Assembly: GCA_050949705.1 (NCBI GenBank) | Contig: JBMNGG010000005.1 | Coordinates: forward strand, 83,819 to 107,818 | From: Tepidanaerobacteraceae bacterium | GTDB taxonomy: Bacteria; Bacillota; Thermosediminibacteria; Thermosediminibacterales; Tepidanaerobacteraceae | Direction: 5' to 3' | DNA length: 24,000 nt | Shown: in pieces, positions 8,883 through 16,370 of the stretch | Layout: every line of letters begins with the position of its first letter | Position numbering within the stretch: the stretch's first letter is position 1 | The notes under the pieces: model-generated | What the model saw: the letters and a program-made list of their open reading frames with translations, nothing else | Database searches by the model: none | What the model was told of the DNA's origin: nothing | Program-made: the position numbers and the translations under genes

Positions 8883-9539
8883 TACTTCTACCTCCATAGA
8901 TGAATTTAAACATTAATATTATTAGTAATAAGATATCTATTATACATAGCTTATTAATAAGCTCTACTAGTCTGCTTTGCACTGTCATTGATACAATCAA
9001 AACTGCCCGTCAAACCGGTGTTTTACTCTACCCAATAAGGGCGTCTCTATAAGAACTACTGGGATAGTAAAATGTATATTTCTAACGAGTCTAAGCTTAT
9101 TTCTTGATAAACTCCAGTTTTAATTATTAAGAAGAAAAGTGGAGGTAAAAAAGTGTTCTGCAACAATTATTAAGTCTTTTCAAAATATTTTTGATGTATC
9201 TTTTATGCAGGATTTCTCATCGATTTAATAGAATTATTATAGCAATTAAGAACCAAGGAAATAATTTAAAGCCATTTTTAGAAATTTTCCTAACACAAAT
9301 CATCGATATTTGCCCTGTATATTTGATGAAAGAAAAACATAAAAGAGCAGGAATAGTTATATACTCACATAATTTAGGAAGGAGTTGGCATAGGTCAAAA
9401 TAATATAATTCTATGCTATTATTTATATGCTTGTAAAAGGCTATGACATTGATAAAAAACGTATAGAACGACAAATTATTGGTCATGTTCCCCAAAAATA
9501 CTAAAAGTATTAGGATATGATAATATAGGAAAAACAGAA

Positions 9540-9845
9540 GTGATAATCCCCCCAGGTACTATAAAACATGTTTTAACCAAAAGGCCCAAAGACTTTGATA
9601 AATATTTTTACTACATACCCGAAGTAATATGTAATCCGGATTATTATGGGAAATATCCAAATAAAAAAGATTGCATCGAATTAGTCAAAAAGATTTATGT
9701 CGAGAGCAACAGCAAAGGTGAATTTGTTTTAGTTGGTGTAAAAATAAATACTTCAAAAGAAATTCTTTTATCCAGTTTTTATAGTGTTAACTGGGTTAAA
9801 GTAGATTCGAGAAGGAAAAGAGGTAGGTTAATTGAATATATCTAA
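9540..9845 (+). CDS. Small PBECR-like (barnase/EndoU/colicin-E5/RelE-fold phage-associated nuclease) domain protein; the 5' end appears frameshifted (see findings)
   Basis: 101-aa ORF from GTG. The pattern IKHVLTKRPKDFDKYFYYIPEVICNPDYYGKYPNKKDCIELVKKI...VLVGVKIN...LLSSFYSVN...RRKRGRLI matches my recollection of small phage/plasmid proteins (I.H...KHP.DY..Y...I..II..PDY.G..P....SIE.VK....V.VAV......RSLY......K.G.L). Confidence 0.55.
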   Translation: MIIPPGTIKHVLTKRPKDFDKYFYYIPEVICNPDYYGKYPNKKDCIELVKKIYVESNSKGEFVLVGVKINTSKEILLSSFYSVNWVKVDSRRKRGRLIEYI

Positions 9846-10058
9846 TAGAACAGGAAATAATTAGGTTGACGTTTCATTAAAATTAATATAAACTAAAATT
9901 AGTTTTAGAAGGATTTTAACAATTTTTATTGAATATATAATATAGAGTATACATATTATATAGTGGGATTATTGAGGTGGGAAAGGTTCCCCACGCGCCC
10001 TTGTGGTTAAAAGAGATGCAGGAGATTATCGCCCTGCCAATAATTCCGAGTGTATTAT

Positions 10059-10090
10059 AGGAGGAGTGTTAAGACTCCTCCTTTTTATAT
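10059..10090 (+). terminator. Strong intrinsic terminator with no upstream ORF
   Basis: AGGAGGAGT (10059-10067), loop gttaag, ACTCCTCCT (10074-10082), then TTTTATAT. Confidence 0.65.
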
Positions 10091-10145
10091 AAGTTTTTCT
10101 GCATTTGTATAACGGGGAAATAACAATGAAGAAGTGTCATAAAAC

Positions 10146-10361
10146 CTATCGTGATACTTGCAGAATGTCCAGTCCTTGGGTAAACAACACAATCTTATCG
10201 GCTTTATTGTCCCATTGCATTTCATATCCTTTTCCTTCGAAATAATCTAGCGTTGCATGTTCCTAGGGCCGGTTACCGTTGTAGTGCCTATACTTTATCC
10301 ACTTTTTTACTTCCTCCACTTGAGCCTGATGATGATTTTTTCTTTGAGGCTTATACGCGCC
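10146..10361 (-). pseudogene. Remnant of the C-terminus of a DDE (rve/integrase-core) transposase, with an in-frame stop
   Basis: Minus-strand frame reads GAYKPQRKNHHQAQVEEVKKWIKYRHYNGNRP*EHATLDYFEGKGYEMQ... This resembles the ends of IS3/IS481-type transposases (..PY.PQT.GK.ER........W...YN..RPH.ALG..TP). An in-frame TAG sits at 10265..10263, where a His is expected. No N-terminal catalytic region is present. Confidence 0.45.
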
Positions 10362-10544
10362 TCAAGCCCTTTCTTTATAGCTAATCATATTCCTATGCCT
10401 ATACCTACAAGTGAAGCTATTAATCGCCGAAGTTTTTAAAAATGGGTTTATTTTCTAAACATATTTGATATAATAGAAAGAAAAATGGAGGAATAATAAA
10501 AATGTTTTGCAAAAAAAAATACTAGAGTTGTTATATTAACCCTA

Positions 10545-11162
10545 GTGTTAGTGTTTATGTTTTCTACTACTGCATTTTCCTTTGATTTAAGAGATGCTAT
10601 AAAATCTGTTATCAATAATGTTAATAAAGTTACGATAAACGATACGGAAGTTCCTTTTATCAAACATAAAGGCAAGGTTTATGTTCCAGTGGATACTTTT
10701 ACTTTGGCAGGTGCAAATATATCTCAAGAGCTTTCCACATTAAAGGTAAATAACTTATACGATGCCGAAACGGCTTACAAGGAATTAACCGAAATGTATG
10801 ACAGGCACTTGGAAAGAATCAAAAATCCGATACCTAGCAAGGCTAAAGATGCCGTAAATCTTCATCAGGAAAGATATTATCTGGTGTGCAGTGAAATAAT
10901 AAAGCTAGATACTATTGATATCAAATATGGCGATAGCAAACTCGATGGTAACTTATTTTCAGGAAAAGCCGACCTAGGAACTGTATTATATAATGAAATG
11001 CTGGTGCATGCAGGCGTATACGAAGCAACCGCCAATAATAATAAACTGGCAAAAAGAGATATTGAAGAGCTCGAATCTTCTTTGGTCTTGTATGGCAATT
11101 ATGCTGCAAGGACTTTTAAAGCTATGGAAGATGCTTATAATGAATTAAAAGAGGCAAAATAA
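10545..11162 (+). CDS. Secreted protein with an N-terminal stalk (copper amine oxidase N-terminal-like) domain and a helical C-terminal region; the true ATG lies upstream and out of frame (see findings)
   Basis: 205-aa ORF. VTINDTEVPFIKHKGKVYVPVDTFTLAGANIS resembles the stalk-domain pattern (V.VNG..v.fd..P.i.nGrt.VPlr...ealGa.v). The hydrophobic leader VVILTLVLVFMFSTTAFS begins upstream of the first in-frame start. Confidence 0.7.
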   Translation: MLVFMFSTTAFSFDLRDAIKSVINNVNKVTINDTEVPFIKHKGKVYVPVDTFTLAGANISQELSTLKVNNLYDAETAYKELTEMYDRHLERIKNPIPSKAKDAVNLHQERYYLVCSEIIKLDTIDIKYGDSKLDGNLFSGKADLGTVLYNEMLVHAGVYEATANNNKLAKRDIEELESSLVLYGNYAARTFKAMEDAYNELKEAK

Positions 11163-11176
11163 CGCCTCTTTTTTAT
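11150..11176 (+). terminator. Intrinsic terminator of the secreted-protein gene
   Basis: AGAGGC (11150-11155), loop aaaataac that contains the TAA stop, GCCTCT (11164-11169), then TTTTTTATTT. Confidence 0.7.
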
Positions 11177-11654
11177 TTCGAGATATATATAAGCCTTGCC
11201 CTGCTAAACTTTGCAGTAAATAATTTTGTGTATGGCTTTTACACTGTTTAATTTTAACGCCATCATATAAACTATTCATGGTTCTTATTCACTAAGAGTG
11301 TGGGGCAATGCTGAAGAGTAACCCGAGCGTTGTGGTAATTTCTGGATAATAGTAGAGGTAACTTTAAATTATCTCTATTCCTTTTTCAGCTATTCCCTGG
11401 GAGAACAAAAATCAAACTCTTTTGTTTTTCCATGTCGAATAATATATTACCATTGTCGGAGTATCCTATTTCACTTGCATGCCCTACGTTAGAATGACCA
11501 AATAAACTAACCCACTTAAGTATATCCAATCATTTACTACGAAATATACGCTGCCATTTATTACAATTAGCGAACGTGAAGCATAAACCTTTATGTCTGA
11601 ATGAATTCTTCTTACAGTAAAATGAAGCGTCTTAGATTAGAAAGAATTTTACGA

Positions 11655-11683
11655 AACAAAAAAGAAGATGGTTATTCATCTTC
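11655..11683 (-). terminator. Intrinsic terminator closing the tRNA operon
   Basis: Minus strand GAAGATG (11683..11677), loop aataac, CATCTTC (11670..11664), then TTTTTTGTTT. It lies about 37 nt past the tRNA-Leu 3' end. Confidence 0.65.
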
Positions 11684-11719
11684 ATTTGATAATTTATCTG
11701 AAAATATTATGATTTTCGA

Positions 11720-11808
11720 TGGTGCCGAGGACCGGAATCGAACCGGTACGATCTTGAAGGATCGCAGGATTTTAAGTCCTGTGCGTCTGCCTGTTCCGCC
11801 ACCCCGGC
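11720..11808 (-). tRNA. tRNA-Leu (anticodon UAA), class II with long variable arm
   Basis: Reverse complement is GCCGGGGTGGCGGAACAGGCAGACGCACAGGACTTAAAATCCTGCGATCCTTCAAGATCGTACCGGTTCGATTCCGGTCCTCGGCACCA. The anticodon loop is CTTAAAA, and CCA is encoded. Confidence 0.95.
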
Positions 11809-11819
11809 ATAAGTTTTAT

Positions 11820-11893
<74 letters not shown>

Positions 11894-11904
11894 TTAAAGA
11901 CAAA

Positions 11905-11979
11905 TGGAGCGGAAGACGGGATTTGAACCCGCGACCCTCGCCTTGGCAAGGCGATGCTCTACCACTGAGCCACTTCCGC
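11905..11979 (-). tRNA. tRNA-Gly (anticodon GCC)
   Basis: Reverse complement is GCGGAAGTGGCTCAGTGGTAGAGCATCGCCTTGCCAAGGCGAGGGTCGCGGGTTCAAATCCCGTCTTCCGCTCCA. Confidence 0.95.
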
Positions 11980-11986
11980 GTAACTA

Positions 11987-12062
<76 letters not shown>

Positions 12063-12070
12063 TGATATAA

Positions 12071-12148
12071 TGGCGACCCAGATGGGACTCGAACCCACGA
12101 CCTCCAACGTGACAGGCTGGCGTTCTAAACCGACTGAACTACTGGGCC
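12071..12148 (-). tRNA. tRNA-Asp (anticodon GUC)
   Basis: Reverse complement is GGCCCAGTAGTTCAGTCGGTTTAGAACGCCAGCCTGTCACGTTGGAGGTCGTGGGTTCGAGTCCCATCTGGGTCGCCA. It aligns arm for arm with my recollection of Bacillus tRNA-Asp. Confidence 0.93.
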
Positions 12149-12158
12149 GCATTTTTTT

Positions 12159-12234
12159 TGGTGGGCGAAACAGGGCTCGAACCTGTGACCCCGTGCTTGT
12201 AAGGCACGTGCTCTCCCAGCTGAGCTATCCGCCC
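12159..12234 (-). tRNA. tRNA-Val (anticodon UAC)
   Basis: Reverse complement is GGGCGGATAGCTCAGCTGGGAGAGCACGTGCCTTACAAGCACGGGGTCACAGGTTCGAGCCCTGTTTCGCCCACCA. Confidence 0.95.
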
Positions 12235-12247
12235 AAGAACAATACTT

Positions 12248-12276
12248 AGTATACATTAGAATCGAACTGCTGTCAA
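12248..12276 (-). promoter_or_regulatory. tRNA operon promoter P2 (proximal)
   Basis: Minus strand TTGACA (12276..12271), 17-nt spacer, TATACT (12253..12248), about 14 nt upstream of tRNA-Val. Confidence 0.6.
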
Positions 12277-12391
12277 AAATCATTAAATGTCATTATTAGA
12301 CGTTATTTCCTTCATTCCCTTTGTATCTCTTGGTAGCTTCGTTTATTAGGTAGCATTATATAAATAAAAACTTTTTAAGACTACTGTATAA

Positions 12392-12420
12392 ATTATACAA
12401 ATTTACTGATGATTTGTCAA
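12392..12420 (-). promoter_or_regulatory. tRNA operon promoter P1 (distal)
   Basis: Minus strand TTGACA (12420..12415), 17-nt spacer, TATAAT (12397..12392). It is a perfect consensus and starts 4 nt after the hisIE stop. Confidence 0.6.
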
Positions 12421-12424
12421 GAAA

Positions 12425-13075
12425 TCACTTTCGCCGTCTTCTAAGTTCAGCTAGAACCTGGCTTAGAGATATATTATCATATCTAAGAGCAATTAAAAGA
12501 TGGAAAATCAAATCAGCAGTTTCATATATGGTATCACCTTTATTTTCACTCATTGATGCAATCACAACTTCTGTAGCTTCTTCTCCGACTTTTTTAAGTA
12601 TCTTTTCTTTCCCGCCGTTATATAGCTTTACTATATAGGAACCTTCAGGTTTTTCAGTAAACCTTGAATCTATTATTTCAATAAGCTCATCTATAATTTG
12701 TGTCAGGTCTCCTTGGCCATCTACTGAATCGCTAGAGTTATCAGTTGTACTCTCTTGTATAAGTTCGCGATAAAAGCACGACTTATTACCGGTATGACAT
12801 GTGGGGCCTTTTGGATTTACTTTTAATAATAATGTGTCTTTATCGCAATCATATAATATTTTATCAACTAAAAGTAAATTACCACTTGTTTCTCCTTTTT
12901 GCCAAAGTCTTTTTCTCTTGCGACTGTAAAACCACGCTGTTTTCGTCTCTATGGTTTTTTCCAACGCTTCTTTATTCATATAAGCGACCATTAGTACTTC
13001 TTTAGTTTTCACATCCTGAATAACCGCTGGAACAAGACCTTTTTCATCGTAATTTATATTATCCAACTCAATCAT
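12425..13075 (-). CDS. hisI: Bifunctional phosphoribosyl-AMP cyclohydrolase / phosphoribosyl-ATP pyrophosphatase (HisIE)
   Basis: 216 aa. The HisI half is GLVPAVIQD...[12 protein letters not shown]...[18 protein letters not shown]...[11 protein letters not shown]...CHTG..SCF. The HisE half is [27 protein letters not shown]...[13 protein letters not shown]. Confidence 0.93.
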   Translation of the reverse strand: MIELDNINYDEKGLVPAVIQDVKTKEVLMVAYMNKEALEKTIETKTAWFYSRKRKRLWQKGETSGNLLLVDKILYDCDKDTLLLKVNPKGPTCHTGNKSCFYRELIQESTTDNSSDSVDGQGDLTQIIDELIEIIDSRFTEKPEGSYIVKLYNGGKEKILKKVGEEATEVVIASMSENKGDTIYETADLIFHLLIALRYDNISLSQVLAELRRRRK

Positions 13076-13078
13076 TTA

Positions 13079-13825
13079 TTATTCTACCCCTTCAGACTTT
13101 AAGTAATCTTTAACTTCTTTTATAGTATATACACCTTTATGAAAAACTGATGCAGCTAGTGCGCCACTTGCCTTACCTTCTAAGAATACATCCCTGAAAT
13201 GCTCTAATTTGCCTGCTCCCCCTGAGGCAATAACTGGAACTTTTACTGCCTCTGCCATGGTTTTAGTAAGTGGTATATCATATCCATCATTTGTACCATC
13301 AGCATTCATGCTTGTTAAAAGGATTTCACCTGCACCCATGTCTACAACCCTTTTCCCCCACTCGATAGCATCAATTCCTGTTGCTGTATGTCCTCCATGG
13401 GTATATACTTCCCATCTATCACCCTTTCTTTTTGCATCACATGCTAGGATAATATGCTCACTCCCAAAATGTCGTGCTGCTTCATAAATCAAGTCGGGAT
13501 TTTTCACAGCTGCGGTACTTATAGATACTTTATCAGCACCCGCTTTAAGTAAATTCTCCATATCTTTCAGAGTAGATATACCTCCACCCACTGTAAAGGG
13601 GACATTAATATTTTGCGCAACTTTTTTCACCATGTCTATGGTAGTCTTTCTACCTTCTAAAGTTGCTGAAATATCCAAAAAGACAATTTCATCGGCACCT
13701 TGTTTATCATAAAAAGTAGAAAGTTCTACTGGGTCACCCATATCCTTTATATCTTCGAAATTCACACCTTTAACTACTCTCGCATTTTTTACATCCAGAC
13801 AAACTATCACCCGTTTTTTACTCAT
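13079..13825 (-). CDS. hisF: Imidazole glycerol phosphate synthase, cyclase subunit HisF
   Basis: 248 aa. KRVIVCLDVKNARVVKGVNFEDIKDMGDPVELSTFYDKQGADEIVFLDISAT...TVGGGI...ADKVSI.TAAV and LLTSM..DGT..GYD are canonical HisF motifs. Confidence 0.95.
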   Translation of the reverse strand: MSKKRVIVCLDVKNARVVKGVNFEDIKDMGDPVELSTFYDKQGADEIVFLDISATLEGRKTTIDMVKKVAQNINVPFTVGGGISTLKDMENLLKAGADKVSISTAAVKNPDLIYEAARHFGSEHIILACDAKRKGDRWEVYTHGGHTATGIDAIEWGKRVVDMGAGEILLTSMNADGTNDGYDIPLTKTMAEAVKVPVIASGGAGKLEHFRDVFLEGKASGALAASVFHKGVYTIKEVKDYLKSEGVE

Positions 13826-13839
13826 TACACATTGCTCCT

Positions 13840-14574
13840 CTATTTCTTTAGACTAAATCTCTTTAAAACTTCATTTAAATCCAATACACCTTGATATAGC
13901 GCCTTCCCAATAATTGCTCCATCAAGGCCTTTGTTTTCATACTTTGCTAGTTTCTGTAAATCTTCCATAGATGAAATGCCCCCTGATGCAATAACAGAAA
14001 AACAGCCAAAGTCTAATACCTTTTCGATGCCATCAATATTGGGTCCTTTCATCATTCCGTCCTTAGAAATATCTGTAAAAATAATTGTTTTTACAGATAT
14101 TTTGTTAAGTTGCTCCAACATTTCTTCAACAGTCATATCTGATGTTTTTGTCCAGCCATGAATTGCTACTTCATTTTGTCGTGTATCTACACCTACCGCT
14201 ACTTTATCAGCGCCATATTCTTCTATAATACCTTTAATAAGGGATAGGTCTTTAACTGCCGCTGACCCAAATATTATTCTGTTAATACCCTCTTTTAAGT
14301 ATTTTTGAGCTATCTCAGCACTTCTAATGCCACCACCTACTTGAATATTAATATTAATAGCATCGCGAATATTTTTTATAACATTAAAGTTTGCGGGATG
14401 ACCTGTTTTTGCTCCATCCAAATCTATTACATGAATCCATTTAGCTCCTTGCTTTTGCCATTGTTGTGCTGCTTCTACAGGGTCATCCAAATACACAGTT
14501 TCCTGAGAATAATCTCCTTGAATCAGTCTTACACACTTTCCACCTCTTATATCTATTGCCGGATATATAAACAT
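13840..14574 (-). CDS. hisA: 1-(5-phosphoribosyl)-5-[(5-phosphoribosylamino)methylideneamino]imidazole-4-carboxamide isomerase HisA
   Basis: I trimmed the ORF-track N-terminus. AAGAGGTG sits 6 nt upstream of ATG 14574, giving MFIYPAIDIRGGKCVRLIQGDY... (244 aa), the canonical HisA start. VGGGIRS and GAIIGKALY are also present. Confidence 0.92.
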   Translation of the reverse strand: MFIYPAIDIRGGKCVRLIQGDYSQETVYLDDPVEAAQQWQKQGAKWIHVIDLDGAKTGHPANFNVIKNIRDAININIQVGGGIRSAEIAQKYLKEGINRIIFGSAAVKDLSLIKGIIEEYGADKVAVGVDTRQNEVAIHGWTKTSDMTVEEMLEQLNKISVKTIIFTDISKDGMMKGPNIDGIEKVLDFGCFSVIASGGISSMEDLQKLAKYENKGLDGAIIGKALYQGVLDLNEVLKRFSLKK

Positions 14575-14596
14575 TAGTTCACCTCTTGATAATTCT

Positions 14597-15184
14597 TTAT
14601 AAAACACCCTTTGTAGATGGTACACCTTTTTCCCTCGAATCCATTGATACCGCTTGTCTTAACGCTCGCCCAAAAGCTTTAAAAAGTGCTTCAATGATAT
14701 GATGGGTATTTTTGCCTCTAATCATTTCTAAATGAAGTGTAATACGAGCACTACTTGCAAATGCGGTAAAAAACTCTTCTACTAATTCTACATCAAATTC
14801 TCCTACTTTATCTTTATTAAAAGAAGCGTCAAAGAAAAGATAGGGCCTTCCACTTATATCAACCGAACAAAAGGCAAGAGCCTCATCCATGGGAACATAA
14901 AAATTCCCGTATCGATGTATCCCTTCTTTATTGCCCACGGCTTTTAAGAAGCATTCACCTAAAACTATACCTATATCTTCCACCAGATGATGGAAATCCA
15001 CTTCTACATCTCCATTCGCTTCAATATCCAGATTAAAAAGAGAGTGTCTAGAAAAAAGGTTTAACATGTGATTGAAAAAGAAAGCCGGTGTTTGAATATT
15101 GTTTTTTCCTTCACCATCTAAATCTAATTGGGCTTTTACTTCCGTTTCCTTAGTTATTCTATAAGTTTCAGCATATCTGGCCAT
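14597..15184 (-). CDS. hisB: Imidazoleglycerol-phosphate dehydratase HisB (monofunctional)
   Basis: 195 aa. RITKETEVKAQLDLDG...GDVEVDFHHLVEDIGIVLG...NTHHIIEALFKAFGRALRQA are IGPD motifs. RBS GGGGGAGG lies upstream. Confidence 0.95.
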   Translation of the reverse strand: MARYAETYRITKETEVKAQLDLDGEGKNNIQTPAFFFNHMLNLFSRHSLFNLDIEANGDVEVDFHHLVEDIGIVLGECFLKAVGNKEGIHRYGNFYVPMDEALAFCSVDISGRPYLFFDASFNKDKVGEFDVELVEEFFTAFASSARITLHLEMIRGKNTHHIIEALFKAFGRALRQAVSMDSREKGVPSTKGVL

Positions 15185-15198
15185 ATAGCAACCTCCCC

Positions 15199-16290
15199 CT
15201 AACTCATTATTTCTTCAAGGCAAGATAAAAGAAACGCATTTTGCTCTGGTGTGCCTATATTAAAACGCAAAGAATCCTTTAACATATCATCATTTAACCT
15301 ACGGGTAAGTATACCTCTCTTTGAAAGCTCATCATATACTAGATCCCGAGGTTTTTCGAATTCGCATAGGAAAAAATTAGTAGAGCTAGGGTATACTCTT
15401 ACTCCATCGATATTCTGCAATCCTTCTTTAAGTTGTTCTCTAGCTTTAATTAGCACATTTTTGGTATTTTTAAGCCAATCCCACTCTTTTAAGATTTCAA
15501 CTGCAGCAATTTGTGAAAAAAGACTTACGTTATAGGGAAGTTTTACCTTGTACAACTGTTTGATGGCATCTTCATGGCCGATAGCATAACCAACTCTAAG
15601 ACCTGCCAGCGAAAATATTTTGGAAAAAGTTCGTATTACTACAACATTAGGATAATCTGACAGCCTATTTGTGAAAGTTTTACCACCAAACTCATAGTAT
15701 GCTTCATCTATTGCAACTATACCATTAAAACTATTTATTATTTCTAGTATCTTATTCTCATCAAAATAATCACCAGTAGGATTATTAGGATAACACAAAA
15801 ACATCAACTGGGGTTTATCTTTTGTAAAATGTTTTTTTATACTCAAAACATCTAGGTCCCAAAAACATTTCTCTTGGTCTTTACTACATATAATAGGGAC
15901 TTTTTTTACATTAGACCCAGCTACTGTAGCAAAGATTTCATAACTAGAAAAAGTAGGAACGGGGATAATTACATCTCTTTCAGGACCGGCAAAAGCCATG
16001 ATTATATCGTTTATTATTTCATCAGCACCACTGCCTACAAAAATTTGGTCAGCTTTCACTCCCGTATACTGGGAAAGATTTTCTCTAAGTTCATCACAGC
16101 TAGGATCATAGTAATAATTGAAATTTTCATCTTTTAACCTATTCCATATCTTCTCTTTAATATGGAGTGGAACATCATAAGGACTCTCATTGGAATTAAG
16201 TCTAATTTTGCTTGTTTCCTTTGAAGCTTCGTAAGGAACTAGTTCTAATATATCTTTTCTAGTGAATTGTATTGGTGATACTATAATAAT
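15199..16290 (-). CDS. hisC: Histidinol-phosphate aminotransferase HisC; apparent non-canonical (ATT/ATA) start
   Basis: The ORF track begins at an internal GTG (16059). The frame stays open upstream to TAG 16299..16297 and encodes the conserved N-terminus ...TRKDILELVPYEASKETSKIRLNSNESPYDVP...YYDPSCDELRENLSQYTGV. The PLP-lysine motif is IRTFSKIFSLAGLRVGY. AGGAGGAG sits directly upstream of ATT ATT ATA (16290..16282). Confidence 0.85.
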   Translation of the reverse strand: MIIVSPIQFTRKDILELVPYEASKETSKIRLNSNESPYDVPLHIKEKIWNRLKDENFNYYYDPSCDELRENLSQYTGVKADQIFVGSGADEIINDIIMAFAGPERDVIIPVPTFSSYEIFATVAGSNVKKVPIICSKDQEKCFWDLDVLSIKKHFTKDKPQLMFLCYPNNPTGDYFDENKILEIINSFNGIVAIDEAYYEFGGKTFTNRLSDYPNVVVIRTFSKIFSLAGLRVGYAIGHEDAIKQLYKVKLPYNVSLFSQIAAVEILKEWDWLKNTKNVLIKAREQLKEGLQNIDGVRVYPSSTNFFLCEFEKPRDLVYDELSKRGILTRRLNDDMLKDSLRFNIGTPEQNAFLLSCLEEIMS

Positions 16291-16370
16291 CTCCTCCTAA
16301 AAAATAGTTACAATGTATAATTATGCAAGTTACTTAATTATAACAGTTATATATGGATTCAGACAAGATA

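Noticed and set aside
8985-9030. Partial similarity of tcaaaccggtg (about 9010) to the tRNA-Leu T-arm segment tcgaaccggtacg, considered as a possible att direct repeat
   Set aside because: Only about 9-10 matching bases with mismatches, which is within chance expectation for a 24-kb window.
9191-9495. Mutually overlapping ORFs 9191..9403 (+, 70 aa) and 9217..9495 (-, 92 aa)
   Set aside because: They overlap each other almost completely in very AT-rich DNA. Their composition is I/F/L/N/K/Y-rich, as expected from random AT-rich ORFs, and neither has a convincing RBS. At most one could be real, and I cannot tell which. The minus-strand ORF could only speculatively be a membrane or immunity protein.
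10012-10058. A 14-codon hydrophobic ORF (MQEIIALPIIPSVL) inside the orphan transcription unit, considered as a possible type I toxin
   Set aside because: It is too short for known type I toxins, it has no spaced RBS, and no antisense partner is evident.
10257-10439. ORF 10257..10439 (+, 60 aa) and a 39-codon ORF at 10126..10245 (+)
   Set aside because: Both are antisense to the transposase-remnant frame, which has the more protein-like translation. Their RBS context is weak or absent.
11288-11535. Minus-strand frame LDILKWVSLFGHSNVGHASEIGYSDNGNILFDM..., considered as a CHAP/NlpC-P60-like hydrolase remnant
   Set aside because: The resemblance to GHV.IV...dG-type motifs is faint. The frame has only a TTG start and an internal TGA. 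I mention it as possible decay debris in the island finding but do not support it as a feature.
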